A stretch of DNA of 64,000 nt, from the NCBI GenBank assembly GCA_947625405.1, contig CANQOF010000011.1, positions 6,926-70,925 on the forward strand, given 5' to 3'. The notes under the pieces were generated by a model, which did not search any database, was not told the origin of the DNA, and saw only the letters and a program-made list of their open reading frames with translations. This DNA is from an uncultured Atopobiaceae bacterium (GTDB taxonomy: Bacteria > Actinomycetota > Coriobacteriia > Coriobacteriales > Atopobiaceae). Positions 33,795-43,716 of the stretch are shown one piece after another (position 1 is the stretch's first letter; the number at the start of each line of letters is the position of its first letter). Made by a program: the position numbers and the translations under genes.

Positions 33795-34289
33795 CTACCG
33801 TGCCGAGCTCGAGCTTTCAAGGCTCTCCATGAGGAAAGCAACGGCTCCCTTCGTTTCCACGGCCTCCTCGGACGCGCACGCCACGCCAAAATCGCGAAGC
33901 CGCTCGGCCGCGATGCCCCAGCCGTCGCAGAGCGTGCCCGAGAAGGTGCCGTCGTAGACGCGCCCCGTGCCGCAGCTCGGGCTCTTCGCCTTGAGCACGG
34001 CATGGGTACAGCCCGCGGCTATCGCGCGCTCTACCTCGCGCTTTGCGCCCTCGGTGAAGGCGCGGGTCACGTCCTCGCCCGTCTCGAGCACCACGCGATC
34101 CCCTCGGCGCTCGGCGGGCGGCCTCGGCACGGGCAGCCGCGACGCGCGCTCGGGGCACACGCGCACGATCTCCACCTCGTCAAGCGCCGCGAGCTCCCTC
34201 ACCGCGGCGTTCGGCTTCGCCTTGCCGTCGTAGCGGCACGGCGTGCCGAGCAGGCAATCGCTCACGCAGAGCCTCAAGCGTCCAGCCAT
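33795..34289 (-). CDS. DUF523 (YbbK/TudS-like) domain protein
   Basis: CLLGTPCRYDG and KAKSPSCG are Cys motifs typical of DUF523. Size is about 160 aa. Confidence 0.7.
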   Translation of the reverse strand: MAGRLRLCVSDCLLGTPCRYDGKAKPNAAVRELAALDEVEIVRVCPERASRLPVPRPPAERRGDRVVLETGEDVTRAFTEGAKREVERAIAAGCTHAVLKAKSPSCGTGRVYDGTFSGTLCDGWGIAAERLRDFGVACASEEAVETKGAVAFLMESLESSSSAR

Positions 34290-34305
34290 GTGCGCGCTCC
34301 GCGGC

Positions 34306-35238
34306 CTACTGCACGAGCTCGCCGATGGTGATCTCGGCCTGCGCGAGGAGGTCCGCGAGATAGGCGTCCCACGCGTCGAGCCCGGGCGCGTAGTCCCGCA
34401 CCTGCTGGCTGTAGGCCACGTAGTAGGCCTCCATGGCTTGGTCGTAGGTGGCGCCGTCGATGGAGAAGACGTCGTTTGCCATCACGGCGTAGTACGGGTT
34501 GTCGCGATTCGCCCAGGTGTTCGTGCCGTTATCCCAGTTGTCGCCGAGGAGCCCCACCACGTAGGCGCCGTACTCGGCGGTCGGCGTGCCCTCCTCGCCC
34601 GCTTCCGGCACGGGCGGAAGTTCGGGCACGCTCGCGCGCGATCCATCGACGTGCGTGCCCACGACCTTCTCGTAGAGGAGCTCGACGCCCGCGCCCTCGG
34701 CGAGCATCTGCTCGAACTGCTCCTCGCTCATCGAGTACTTCTCGGCGAGCGTGGAGACGTCCTCCGAGCCGAAGACCTGCTGTTTATAGCTCTCGATGTC
34801 TTGATCGCCCACCTCGATGCCCTCGTCTTCCACGGCGCCTTGGAGGAGCTGGTTGCGTGCGACGTTCAGGATGGTCTCGGCGGAGGGCATGGGGTAGGTG
34901 CCGTCCTCGTTTTGCTGGCTCTCGAGGCTCGCGGTGGATTCGAGCGCCTCGCGCGCGGTGATCTCGTGGATGGCGTTTCCGAGCGTGTAGCTCGCCACCG
35001 TGGAATCGAGCTCTTCGGAGGTGATGCTCGTCTTCTCGTGGAGGTAGGCGATCTCCTCCTTCGGGAAGAAGAAGCCCACGAGCGCGCCCGCCGCGAGCCC
35101 GAGCACGAGGGTGAGGATGAACACCCATACGGGGATGCCGTGACGCTGCCTCTCCGGCGGCTCCTGGGCGGGGTACTGCGGGCCGGCGCCCCAGCCCTGG
35201 CCCTTCGGGTCTTCCTCCACCAGCATGTGGGACGGCAC
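34306..35238 (-). CDS. membrane-anchored protein with a SurA-N/chaperone-like extracellular region (hypothetical)
   Basis: A single TM segment (IPVWVFILTLVLGLAAGALVGFFF) is followed by an acidic helical region. GTG at 35238 has GAGGAGG 6 nt upstream. Confidence 0.55.
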   Translation of the reverse strand: MPSHMLVEEDPKGQGWGAGPQYPAQEPPERQRHGIPVWVFILTLVLGLAAGALVGFFFPKEEIAYLHEKTSITSEELDSTVASYTLGNAIHEITAREALESTASLESQQNEDGTYPMPSAETILNVARNQLLQGAVEDEGIEVGDQDIESYKQQVFGSEDVSTLAEKYSMSEEQFEQMLAEGAGVELLYEKVVGTHVDGSRASVPELPPVPEAGEEGTPTAEYGAYVVGLLGDNWDNGTNTWANRDNPYYAVMANDVFSIDGATYDQAMEAYYVAYSQQVRDYAPGLDAWDAYLADLLAQAEITIGELVQ

Positions 35239-35268
35239 GCGCGCCTCCTCGTGTTTCGTCGGCTTTTC

Positions 35269-36051
35269 CTACGCCTCGCCCTCGGCGACGCTCAGCACCC
35301 GCTGTGAATAGCTCTTGAGGAACCCGCCGGTCCTTCCCTGCGCGTCGAAGCGCACGCGATCGGCCACCGCCTTGCGCGATGATTCGGAGATGGAGCCGCC
35401 GGCGAAGTCCGCGAGCGCCACGAGCATCTCGCGATACTCGGGAAGGCCGTGGTAGACCTGCGCGGCCTCGTCGAGGAGCGGCCACACCTCGTCGGAGCGC
35501 TCGGGCGAGGACTTGCCGAGCATCACGAAATAGCGGAAGGCCGCGAGGCGCGAGAACGCGGCCCGCGCACCCTCCTCGAAGAGCGCGTTTTCCGCCGCCT
35601 CGAAGGCGCCGGACACGAGCTCGGGGTCATCGGCCCCCACGACCATGAGGGTGTTGAGGATCTGCCAGCGGGTTTGCTCCTCGGGGCGATCCATCGCGTC
35701 CACGAGCACGTCCACTGACTTCTTGAGATCGTCCTTGCGGTGCTCCGCGAAGAGCGAGAGCCGGCGCGCGGCTTCCTGGCGACGAAGGCGGCTCTCCATG
35801 GAGAGGGCCTCGAGCAGCGGCTCGAGGTCTCCGTCGGGATCCTCCTCGCCGAAGTCCTCCACGACCGCCGCCACGGCCGCCGCGGCACTCGCGGCGGAGT
35901 TCGTCGCGGGCGCCGGCGTGAGCGTGCTCGCGTCTTCCTCGAGCTTTGCGCCCGCGCCCGGCGCGACGACGTCGCCCGGGGCCTCGTCCGCGGCCGCTTT
36001 CTCGGCGGCGATGATGGCCGCTTCCTCGGGGGAAAGGTTGGTGTCGCTCAT
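35269..36051 (-). CDS. hypothetical protein (Ala-rich acidic N-terminus, helical-repeat C-terminus)
   Basis: The frame is protein-like with G/C third positions. I recognise no motif. Confidence 0.55.
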   Translation of the reverse strand: MSDTNLSPEEAAIIAAEKAAADEAPGDVVAPGAGAKLEEDASTLTPAPATNSAASAAAAVAAVVEDFGEEDPDGDLEPLLEALSMESRLRRQEAARRLSLFAEHRKDDLKKSVDVLVDAMDRPEEQTRWQILNTLMVVGADDPELVSGAFEAAENALFEEGARAAFSRLAAFRYFVMLGKSSPERSDEVWPLLDEAAQVYHGLPEYREMLVALADFAGGSISESSRKAVADRVRFDAQGRTGGFLKSYSQRVLSVAEGEA

Positions 36052-36081
36052 GAAACGCCCTTCTAAGGTCGTGGTGCTCCC

Positions 36082-36882
36082 CTACTCCGCGAAGCCGTCC
36101 ACCATCACCGTGCCCGACTTCGGGTCGGTGTGCACGTCGATGAGGTGGAGCTCGGCCGCGTCGCGGAGGAGCGCCGTGAAATTCTTGTAGCCGTAGCCGC
36201 GCTCCGTGAAGGAGGGCTGCTTCCTGCGCATGGTCTCCTTGAGTCGCGAGGCGAGGATCGGCCCCTCATTTTCGCGCAGGATCGCGTCGATTGTCTGGAG
36301 CATGAGCTCGAAGCACGCGTGGCGCTCCTGCGGCACGCGGTCCTCGTAGTTGGGCAGGCCCGCTTGGGCCACGATGTCCTCGTAGTAGATGAACTGATCG
36401 CAGTTCTCCACGAGGAGCGGGCTCGTGGAGCCCTTCATGCCCACGCCGATGACGTCTTTGCCGTACTCCTTGAGCTTCGCCACGAGCGGCGTGAAATCCG
36501 AATCGCCCGAGAGGATGGCGAAGGTGTCGATGTGGTCGCGCGTGAGGCACATCTCCACCGCGTCCGCCACGAGGCGGATGTCGGCGGAGTTCTTGCCGGA
36601 GTACTGGCGGTCGGGGATCTCGATGAGCTCGATGCCGAGCTCGTGGAGGGTCTGGATGGAGTCGGTGAAGAGCTGCCAGTCGCAGTAGGCGCGCTTTGAG
36701 ACGATGCGCCCGATCTCCACGAGGCGCTCGAGGATGGCGCGCACGTTGGGCGCCGGCGCCTTCTGCCGGCTCCTGCCGCGGCCGCGCCTCGCGCCGCCCT
36801 GCGACTTCGGCGCGTGGTCTTCCGCCATCCCCCGGGCGAGGTTCTCGTAGTCGATGAGGACGGCGATGGAGGATTCTGCCAT
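36082..36882 (-). CDS. NYN (LabA-like) domain protein with a C-terminal OST-HTH/LOTUS-like region
   Basis: IAVLIDYENL, GKNSADIRL and LSGDSDFTPL are NYN nuclease-fold motifs. The C-terminal roughly 70 aa are LOTUS-like. Confidence 0.8.
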   Translation of the reverse strand: MAESSIAVLIDYENLARGMAEDHAPKSQGGARRGRGRSRQKAPAPNVRAILERLVEIGRIVSKRAYCDWQLFTDSIQTLHELGIELIEIPDRQYSGKNSADIRLVADAVEMCLTRDHIDTFAILSGDSDFTPLVAKLKEYGKDVIGVGMKGSTSPLLVENCDQFIYYEDIVAQAGLPNYEDRVPQERHACFELMLQTIDAILRENEGPILASRLKETMRRKQPSFTERGYGYKNFTALLRDAAELHLIDVHTDPKSGTVMVDGFAE

Positions 36883-36885
36883 GGG

Positions 36886-37293
36886 CTACTTGCCCCTTCG
36901 TGTCTTGCGGTCCCGCACGGGGCCGGGGTCGGCCACGCTCATGAGCTCGGGTTCTTCCTCGCCCTTAGGGCGCGGCTCCTTCTCGAGGTGCCTATTCTTC
37001 ACGCCCATCCACTTGTCGACCTTCTTCCACGGGCCCTCGGAGCCGAAGCCGAACTTCAGGCCCGCGATGGCGCCGCCGAGGAGGCCGATCGTGGCGAAGA
37101 CGAGCACCACGAGACCGAAGGCCCAGATGAAGGCCGAGGCCACGATGCCCACCACGTAGCAGATGGCGTTCGCGATCCAATACTCGCGCTTGGTCGAGCA
37201 GTGCGCGGCGAGCTCTTGCCCGATGCGGAAGCCGATGACGATGCCGATGATCGCCAAGAGGAGGCTCACGATGAAGATGGACACGTAGCCCAC
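36886..37293 (-). CDS. small integral membrane protein
   Basis: Three or four hydrophobic helices and a basic tail. GTG start at 37293 with a weak SD. Confidence 0.5.
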   Translation of the reverse strand: MGYVSIFIVSLLLAIIGIVIGFRIGQELAAHCSTKREYWIANAICYVVGIVASAFIWAFGLVVLVFATIGLLGGAIAGLKFGFGSEGPWKKVDKWMGVKNRHLEKEPRPKGEEEPELMSVADPGPVRDRKTRRGK

Positions 37294-37332
37294 GCAAACC
37301 CGCTTTCTCGCTCGTGTGTCGAAGGCGTCGCG

Positions 37333-38466
37333 TTAGGCGGACGCGTCGTTGCCCTGGCCTTGGCTCGACGTGGGCTTGGCCTTGCCGCCGCCCACCTTGC
37401 GCGCGATGCGATCGGCGAGGCTCGTCTTCTCGCGACGATCCTTGCCCCAGAAGATGAGCGCCACCATGCCCGGGCCCACGTGTGAGCCGATGACGGGCGA
37501 GATGGAGCTCCGCACCACCGCGATGTCCTCGCAGCCGGGCTCGTGGCGCACGAGGCTCTCGAGGAAGTCGGCGTCCTTCTCGGCGTCGGCCGAGACGATG
37601 GCCACGGGCAGGTTGTACTCGCCGGTGAACTGGTCGCGGAAGTCGTCCATCATCGCGCGGATGGCCTTCTTGCGGCCGCGGCACATGCGCTTCAGCGAGA
37701 GCGCGCCCATCGTGTCGTAGGAGAGCTCGGGCTTGATGTCGAGCTTGCCGCCGATGGCCGCCGCCTGTGGCGGGATGCGGCCACCCTTGGCGAGCGCGTC
37801 GAAGTTATCGAGCGTGAAGTAGCCCTGGATGTAGTAGCGCGCCTCCTTCGCCCACGCCACGAGGTCCTTGGCGCTCGCGCCGAGGTCTGCCTGGTGCACC
37901 GCCTCGATGGCGAGGAGCTCGGCCGCGGCCGAGGGGCATTTGTTGTCCACGATGTAGAGCTCGAAGTCGGGGTAGTCCTGCTTAAGAAGCTGCGCCGCCT
38001 CCTCGGCGGAGTGGATCGAGGAGGAGAGGCCCGCCGTGAAGCCGAGGTAGACGGTGGGCACGCCCTTCTTGGCCGCCTCTTCGAAGATCTCGAGGTAGCG
38101 GCCCGGGGTCACCGCCGAGGTGGACACGTCGGCACCCTTGCGCATGGCCTCGTAGAAGTCGTGCGCGGAGAGCGATTCCCAGAGGTCGTCGATGTACTCC
38201 TTGCCGTCGACCACGTAGGGGAAGCCGATGATCGTCACGTCGAGGGCATGCGCCACGAGCGGATCGAAGTCCCCGCAGCTGTCCACGATGATGTTCACCT
38301 TGCGGTCGTTGTGGTAGATGGGCTGGGCGTAGTTCGATTCGTGGACGCCGGAGCGCTTCTCCTCGTCCTCGACCTCGGCCTTCGGCGCGTCGGGAGAGAG
38401 CGCCTCGGGGTTCACGACCTCGCTGGCGTCGGGCGCGGTTTTGGGTGTGGTGTCTTCGGCGGCCAT
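37333..38466 (-). CDS. DegV family fatty-acid-binding protein with an N-terminal acidic extension
   Basis: IIVDSCGDF and the overall DegV pattern. ATG at 38466 has GAAGGGGG upstream. Confidence 0.85.
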   Translation of the reverse strand: MAAEDTTPKTAPDASEVVNPEALSPDAPKAEVEDEEKRSGVHESNYAQPIYHNDRKVNIIVDSCGDFDPLVAHALDVTIIGFPYVVDGKEYIDDLWESLSAHDFYEAMRKGADVSTSAVTPGRYLEIFEEAAKKGVPTVYLGFTAGLSSSIHSAEEAAQLLKQDYPDFELYIVDNKCPSAAAELLAIEAVHQADLGASAKDLVAWAKEARYYIQGYFTLDNFDALAKGGRIPPQAAAIGGKLDIKPELSYDTMGALSLKRMCRGRKKAIRAMMDDFRDQFTGEYNLPVAIVSADAEKDADFLESLVRHEPGCEDIAVVRSSISPVIGSHVGPGMVALIFWGKDRREKTSLADRIARKVGGGKAKPTSSQGQGNDASA

Positions 38467-38507
38467 GGGACCCCCTTCGATCGTGTGCAAGCGGGTAGCG
38501 CGAGAGT

Positions 38508-39104
38508 CTACGCCTCGGCGTTCTCCTCTTCAGGCTTGAGGATGCCGTAGCCGCCATCCTTGCGGTGGTAGATCACGTGGACGTTTCCGGTTTGCATGTC
38601 GCGGAAGACGTAGAAGTCGTGGCCGAGGAGATCGGCTTGCACGAGCGCGTCCTCTTCCGTGAGGCGCGTGTACTCGATGTACTTCGTGCGCACGAGGCGA
38701 TCGTCGTCCTCTTCGGCCTCTTCCTCGCCCTTCGCCACGATCTCGCCAAGCTCCGTGCCCGGCACCACCGGCGGGAGATCCTCGCCGTGCGGGCGATGGC
38801 GCTTGTCGATGACCTTCGTCTTGTATTTGCGGAGCTGGCGCGTGACCATGCGCGCGGCCTCGTCGATGGCGGCCTCGGCGTCGTCCTTCGTGGCGGTGAC
38901 GCGCACGACCGTCCCGCGCACGCGCACCGTGACCTCGCAGATCGTGCGTTCCTTGGTTCCCTTGTAGCTCGCGACGCGGAGCACGACGTCCGCCGTCATC
39001 GGCTGGATGTCAAAGACCTTGAGCGCATCTCCGATCTTCGAGATAACGCGGTCGTACAGGGCGTCGGTGACGCGAATCTTTCGTCCCGTGACCTTGATTT
39101 CCAT
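38508..39104 (-). CDS. hpf: ribosome hibernation promoting factor, long form
   Basis: MEIKVTGRKIRVTDALYDRV... is the sigma-54 modulation/S30EA fold. A linker and a C-terminal dimerisation domain (YVFRDMQTGNVHVIYHRKDGGYG) follow. GGGAGG lies 6 nt upstream. Confidence 0.9.
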   Translation of the reverse strand: MEIKVTGRKIRVTDALYDRVISKIGDALKVFDIQPMTADVVLRVASYKGTKERTICEVTVRVRGTVVRVTATKDDAEAAIDEAARMVTRQLRKYKTKVIDKRHRPHGEDLPPVVPGTELGEIVAKGEEEAEEDDDRLVRTKYIEYTRLTEEDALVQADLLGHDFYVFRDMQTGNVHVIYHRKDGGYGILKPEEENAEA

Positions 39105-39278
39105 GGGAACCTCCCTTTTTGGGGTGGATAGCCTCGCTGAACATGGTTCTGAGAAGCGTTCGTACCCGAGCGCGGCGCGTTTTGGGGCCAGAAAGTCGCG
39201 AACGAGCGCAGCTCATCGGGCCTGCGGCGCGTTGGGCGGCCGCCGCTCGCCGCGCCGAGGGATCGATGGTCGTCGTTC

Positions 39279-40418
39279 TTAGAGCGGCACGATGGCGTTC
39301 GAGTCGCTCTCGCCCTCACCCTCGACGCCCGTGCCCTCGACGTCCGTGCCCTCGGGCGTGGTGGCGTTGGGGTCGGTTTCCTCGGGGGTCGTCTCCTCGG
39401 GCAGGGCGGAGCTGTCCACCGCGTTGCTGCCGGGCGTGCCGGACTGTGTCGTGGTCTGGGTCGTGTCCGCGAGCTCGACGCCCGAGATCTGCGAGGCGGC
39501 GGTGAGGCGTGGAAGGTCGCCCACCCACTTCGAGAGGATGATCGTGAGCACGCCGTTGTCGCGCACGTCGGACATCGCGCTTTGCACCGCGTCCGTGAGC
39601 ACGGTGCTACGCGCGGAGACCCCCACCCCCACCATCGTGGGCGTGTTGAGGGTGCCGCAGAAGCTGATGCCGCCGAGCTCGTTGGCGAGGAACGCGCCCG
39701 GATACACGGGGCAGAGCACGTAGGCCACCTCGCCCGCGGCGAGCGCATCCATGGCTGCGTCGATGTTCTCGTAGCCTTGCGTGCTCATCGTGAGGTTCGA
39801 GGTGGCGAGCAGGCGCTCGCTCGCGGAGGCCGTCTGCACGCCCACCGTCTGGCCCTCGAGCTCGGAGGCGGAGACGACCGTGGGCTCCTCGCCGAGCGTG
39901 AAGAAGCCGATCGCCTGCTCCATGTAGTCGGAGGCCACGACGAGGCCGGAGCTCGCCACGGGCGCGGAATCGCCCTCGGCTGAGCCCGCCTGCTCGTTCG
40001 CCACGCCCATCACCACGTCAACCGGCGTGAGCGCCATCGTCGCGCTATCTTGGAGGGGCACGTACTTCACGCTCAGCCCGAGCTCGGAGGCGAGCGCGGC
40101 GGCCACGTCGACGTCGATGCCCGCGTAGCCGTCCTGCGTCTCGAAGACCGACGGCGCGCCCTCACTCGTGATGAGGCCGACCGTGAGCACGCCGTCCTCC
40201 ACGATGTCGGGAGCCTGGAGCTGCGGCTCGCGAGCCGCGATGTAGGCGGTCTCGGCCTCTTCCACCGAGGTGGTGGTGTAGGGGTTCAGGTTGTCGATGA
40301 AATCGCATCCCGCGAGACACACCACGCCAAGCACGAGCAGGGCCGCGAGCGCGGCGAGGCGCGCGAAGGGGCGCGCGCTGCGGGGGCGGGGTACGGGAGT
40401 TTTCAAGGTCGCGATCAT
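39279..40418 (-). CDS. solute-binding protein family 3-like lipoprotein with a Thr/Glu/Pro-rich C-terminal tail
   Basis: Lipobox LAGC. The pattern LTVGL...GYAGIDVDVAAALA is typical of amino-acid ABC SBPs. ATG at 40418 has AAGGAAG upstream. Confidence 0.7.
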   Translation of the reverse strand: MIATLKTPVPRPRSARPFARLAALAALLVLGVVCLAGCDFIDNLNPYTTTSVEEAETAYIAAREPQLQAPDIVEDGVLTVGLITSEGAPSVFETQDGYAGIDVDVAAALASELGLSVKYVPLQDSATMALTPVDVVMGVANEQAGSAEGDSAPVASSGLVVASDYMEQAIGFFTLGEEPTVVSASELEGQTVGVQTASASERLLATSNLTMSTQGYENIDAAMDALAAGEVAYVLCPVYPGAFLANELGGISFCGTLNTPTMVGVGVSARSTVLTDAVQSAMSDVRDNGVLTIILSKWVGDLPRLTAASQISGVELADTTQTTTQSGTPGSNAVDSSALPEETTPEETDPNATTPEGTDVEGTGVEGEGESDSNAIVPL

Positions 40419-40776
40419 AGCGTCGGCTTCCTTTCGGGTGCCTTTCCCGTCGTCTGCCCGCGCGAGCGCCGTGAGGCGCCGGCGAGCAAGGCCCCTTCCC
40501 AGCTGACCTGGTCTTCGACCCCACACCCGCGCACCGGGACCGTCGCTTCGGGCACCGCGGTGCCCCCACGGTTGGTCCTCTCTCCCCGAGGAACGGCGTC
40601 CCTCTCGCGAAGGGAGGTGCGACTTACGTCTAGAACGAGCCGTGATCGCCCGGGTGCGCGCACCCGGGTTTACGTGGGTCCGTTGGGCCTCGTCTGCCAT
40701 GGACTTGGACGGGAAAGCTCGCGCCCATCCCGCCCGCAACCACAGACCTGGCAAGGGACCCTTGAAGTATACCAAC

Positions 40777-40809
40777 GCCCCGTGTGCGAGACGGCAAGGC
40801 GCACGGGGC
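40777..40809 (-). terminator. GC hairpin downstream of comFC
   Basis: GCCCCGTGCG...CGCACACGGGGC on the minus strand, 45 nt after the stop. It is immediately followed by a TATACT -10-like hexamer (40766-40771). Confidence 0.45.
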
Positions 40810-40853
40810 TCAACCTCGTGTGGCGGTGCCATGCGCTCGGGCGTTTCAGCCGC

Positions 40854-41600
40854 TCACCACACGCGCGCCACGGAGGCGGCAACGGGCACGCTCGCCCCGC
40901 GCGCCACGAGCGCACGCGCGGCCTCGCGAAGGGAGGCGCCGGTGGTGACGACGTCGTCTACGAGCAGGAGGCGACTCCCCCACACGTCGCCCACGACCTC
41001 GAAGGACCCTCGCACGTTCTCCGTGCGCTCCTCGCCGCCGAGCTCGCGCTGGTCGCCCGAGTGGTGGTGGACGAGCACGTCGGCCACGGGGAGGCCGAGC
41101 CGCCTCGAGAGCTCGCGCGCCACGTCCTCCATGTGGTCGAAGCCGCGGCGAAGGAAAGCCTCCTCGGTGGCGGGGACGAAGGCGATCGCGTCGAAGCCCG
41201 CGGCGGGCTCGGGGGCGTCGCGCGCGGCGGGCACGCACTCCGCGAGGTTCTCGAGGGCGAGGTGGAGCGCCTCGGCGAGGATGGGCGCGAGGCGCCGCTC
41301 GTGCTCGTCCTTGTAGACCTTCACGAGCCGCTCGGCCACCCCCTCGTAGGCGAAGGCGGAGATCATGCGGCCGATCTCGGGAATGGGCTCGGCGCAGTTC
41401 GTGCAGACGAGCCAGCCGAAGGGCGCGCCGCAGCGCGGGCAGGAAAAGCGCTGGTCGATGACGGGGAGCGCCTCGGCGCACTCGGCGCAGAGCAGCGTGC
41501 CCGGCTCGTCGCACCCCACGCAGCGCGCGGGCCAGAGGAACTCGAACGCTCCATCGATGAGCCGGGCGAGCGTGGGCGATCTCTCGAGGAGCACGGACAT
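40854..41600 (-). CDS. comFC: ComF family protein (phosphoribosyltransferase domain)
   Basis: N-terminal CxxC...CxxC zinc-finger pairs and a C-terminal LLLVDDVVTTGASL PRTase motif. Confidence 0.85.
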   Translation of the reverse strand: MSVLLERSPTLARLIDGAFEFLWPARCVGCDEPGTLLCAECAEALPVIDQRFSCPRCGAPFGWLVCTNCAEPIPEIGRMISAFAYEGVAERLVKVYKDEHERRLAPILAEALHLALENLAECVPAARDAPEPAAGFDAIAFVPATEEAFLRRGFDHMEDVARELSRRLGLPVADVLVHHHSGDQRELGGEERTENVRGSFEVVGDVWGSRLLLVDDVVTTGASLREAARALVARGASVPVAASVARVW

Positions 41601-41737
41601 GGGGCGACCTTCAGGCGAGACGGACGGGCTCCCACCTTAGGCGTCCGCCGCGCGCCGCGCCGGGCAGGCTCGGCTCGCGCGAAAGCCGCCCAACAGTTGG
41701 TTGGACGGCCTTTGGGCGGATCTTGGAGGATGGCGCA

Positions 41738-41768
41738 CAAGACAAAGGAACCGTCCCCTTAGCCTTGC
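41738..41768. repeat. GCAAGAC...GGGACGGTYCC...GTCTTGC hairpin element, copy 3
   Basis: CAAGACAAAGGAACCGTCCCCTTAGCCTTGC, between the tatD stop and the comFC start. Confidence 0.6.
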
Positions 41769-42752
41769 CTAGAAAAGGGTTTGCGCGTTGCGCCAGGCGG
41801 ATTCGAAGGTCGCGCGCCTCGGCTCGCCGAGGAGCTCGCCGCGCACTTGCGCGAGAAGATCCGCCGTCGCGAGGGTGAAGGCCGGCTCGGCGGCGCGGCC
41901 CCGCAGGGGCTCGGGAGCCATGTAGGGGCTGTCGGTTTCCGTGAGGAGCGCCTCCGCGGGGCACGCGGCCGCGGCATCGCGGATCTCGTCCGAGCGCTTG
42001 AAGGTCATGGCGCCGCCAAACGCCACCTTCGAGCCGAGGGCAAGCCATCCCTCCATGGGCTCGGGGCCGAGCGTGTAGCAGTGGAGGTCGATGCCGAGCG
42101 GCGCCACGTCCGCCGCCGCGACGATCTCCAGCGCCTCGCGATGCGCCTCGTAGGCGGGATCGCCCGCCTCGTCGCGCACGTGGAGCTCGAGCGGAAGGCC
42201 GAACTCCTTCGCGAGCTCGAGCTGGCGGCAAAACGCCGCGCGCTGCACCTCGCGCGGAAGCTCGCAGTGGTAGTCGAGCCCGCACTCGCCGAGCGCCACG
42301 ACCCGGGGATTCGCGAGGAGCGCTCGAAGCGAATCAAGGCATCCCTCGAGCTCAGCGGCTCCATAGGGATGCACGCCCGCGGAGAGGCCCACTCTAAGGG
42401 GCTCATTCGGAAACGCTGGGACGAGGCCGGCGGAAAGCGCCACGTCGATCTCCCGCCGCGCCGCCTCCTCCGCCTCGGAGAGCCACGAGAGGAAGGCTGG
42501 CGCGTCGCGGCCGTCCTCGCTCGCGTCGACGATGCACACGACCCACGTAACCCCGGCAAACCACGCGCGCGCAAGCCACCCGGCCGCGGCATCGCGCCTT
42601 TCCTCGGGGCTCGCGTCCTTTGGCGCCGCCATCGAGAGGTGCGCGTGCGTGTCGGCTACGGGCGCCGCGGGCGGCTCGAGCATGACGGGCTTCCCCTTCG
42701 CGTTGAAGAAGAGCGTCCCCGCCTCCAAGGCGTCCCCAATCCACGAGCTCAT
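41769..42752 (-). CDS. tatD: TatD family metal-dependent hydrolase
   Basis: DTHAHL, GECGLDYH, LELHVRD and TETDSPYM motifs. The ATG at 42752 overlaps the rsmA stop (ATGA). Confidence 0.85.
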   Translation of the reverse strand: MSSWIGDALEAGTLFFNAKGKPVMLEPPAAPVADTHAHLSMAAPKDASPEERRDAAAGWLARAWFAGVTWVVCIVDASEDGRDAPAFLSWLSEAEEAARREIDVALSAGLVPAFPNEPLRVGLSAGVHPYGAAELEGCLDSLRALLANPRVVALGECGLDYHCELPREVQRAAFCRQLELAKEFGLPLELHVRDEAGDPAYEAHREALEIVAAADVAPLGIDLHCYTLGPEPMEGWLALGSKVAFGGAMTFKRSDEIRDAAAACPAEALLTETDSPYMAPEPLRGRAAEPAFTLATADLLAQVRGELLGEPRRATFESAWRNAQTLF

Positions 42753-43702
42753 GCGTGCAATCCCTCCCCTTCGAAATACAACAGGCGCGCCGCACCATGA
42801 TTCTCCTCGTTGAAGACGAATCGAAGCAGCTTGCCCATTTCCAGGAGCTGCTCCGGCGTGAGGGCCTCGGCGCGCACGCGGGGGTCGAGGCCCAGCTGCT
42901 TGATCGCCTGCTCGGCCGCCTCGCGGGGGATGCCCGCGGCGGCGAGATTGTTCGCGAGGGTCTTCCTGCGCTGCGCGAAGGCCGCGTCGACGAGCGCGGA
43001 GGCGCGCTCGAGCTCCCCCTCGCTCGCCCTCGAATCGCGCTCGAGCGTGACGACCGCCGAATCCACGTGCGGCTGGGGCCAGAAGTTCTCGCGCACCACC
43101 TCGAAGCGGTTCACCACGCGCGCGCGAAGCGCGAGCTTCACCGTGTAGGCGCCGTAGTCCTTCGTGGAGGGGCGCGCGGAGATGCGATCGGCCACCTCGC
43201 GCTGCACCATCACGGTCGCGCGCTCGAGGCGAAGGAATCGCTCGAAGGCCCTGAGCAGCACCGTCGCCGCCACGGAATACGGAAGGTTCGCCACGAGCTT
43301 CGTCGGGCCGCCCTCGCAGCCGAGCTCCACGAGGGCGCTCGCGAGCATCGTCGGCTCGAGGTGCGCGGCGTCGCCGAGGACCACGGCGAGCCGCCCCCCG
43401 GCCTGCCCGCACGTCTGCGGCAGGATCTCGGCAAACGCGGGCTCGATCTCCAACGCCACCACGGCGCGCACGCGTGGCAGGAGCTCGCGCGTGAGCACGC
43501 CGAGCCCCGGCCCCACCTCGAGCACCACATCGCCATCGGAGAGCTCGGAGCGCGCGACGATGCGCTCGAGCACCGCGCGGCTCACGAGGAAGTTCTGCCC
43601 GCGGTTCTTCTTCGGCGAAAGCCCGAGGGACTCCACGAGCGAGCGCACGACCGCGGGCGAAGTGAGGTTCAGCTCCTCCTCGGGCTGCGCGCCTTCGGGC
43701 AT
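42749..43702 (-). CDS. rsmA: 16S rRNA (adenine1518/1519-N6)-dimethyltransferase
   Basis: GQNFL and VLEVGPGLGVLT (SAM motif I), with full-length KsgA resemblance. ATG at 43702. Confidence 0.9.
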   Translation of the reverse strand: MPEGAQPEEELNLTSPAVVRSLVESLGLSPKKNRGQNFLVSRAVLERIVARSELSDGDVVLEVGPGLGVLTRELLPRVRAVVALEIEPAFAEILPQTCGQAGGRLAVVLGDAAHLEPTMLASALVELGCEGGPTKLVANLPYSVAATVLLRAFERFLRLERATVMVQREVADRISARPSTKDYGAYTVKLALRARVVNRFEVVRENFWPQPHVDSAVVTLERDSRASEGELERASALVDAAFAQRRKTLANNLAAAGIPREAAEQAIKQLGLDPRVRAEALTPEQLLEMGKLLRFVFNEENHGAARLLYFEGEGLHA

Positions 43703-43716
43703 CGTCCCTCGCGCTC

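Noticed and set aside
39105-39278. raiA-motif-type ncRNA upstream of hpf
   Set aside because: The 175-nt leader is GC-rich, but by eye I could not find the conserved raiA-motif features. A cmsearch would be needed, so it is not reported as a feature.
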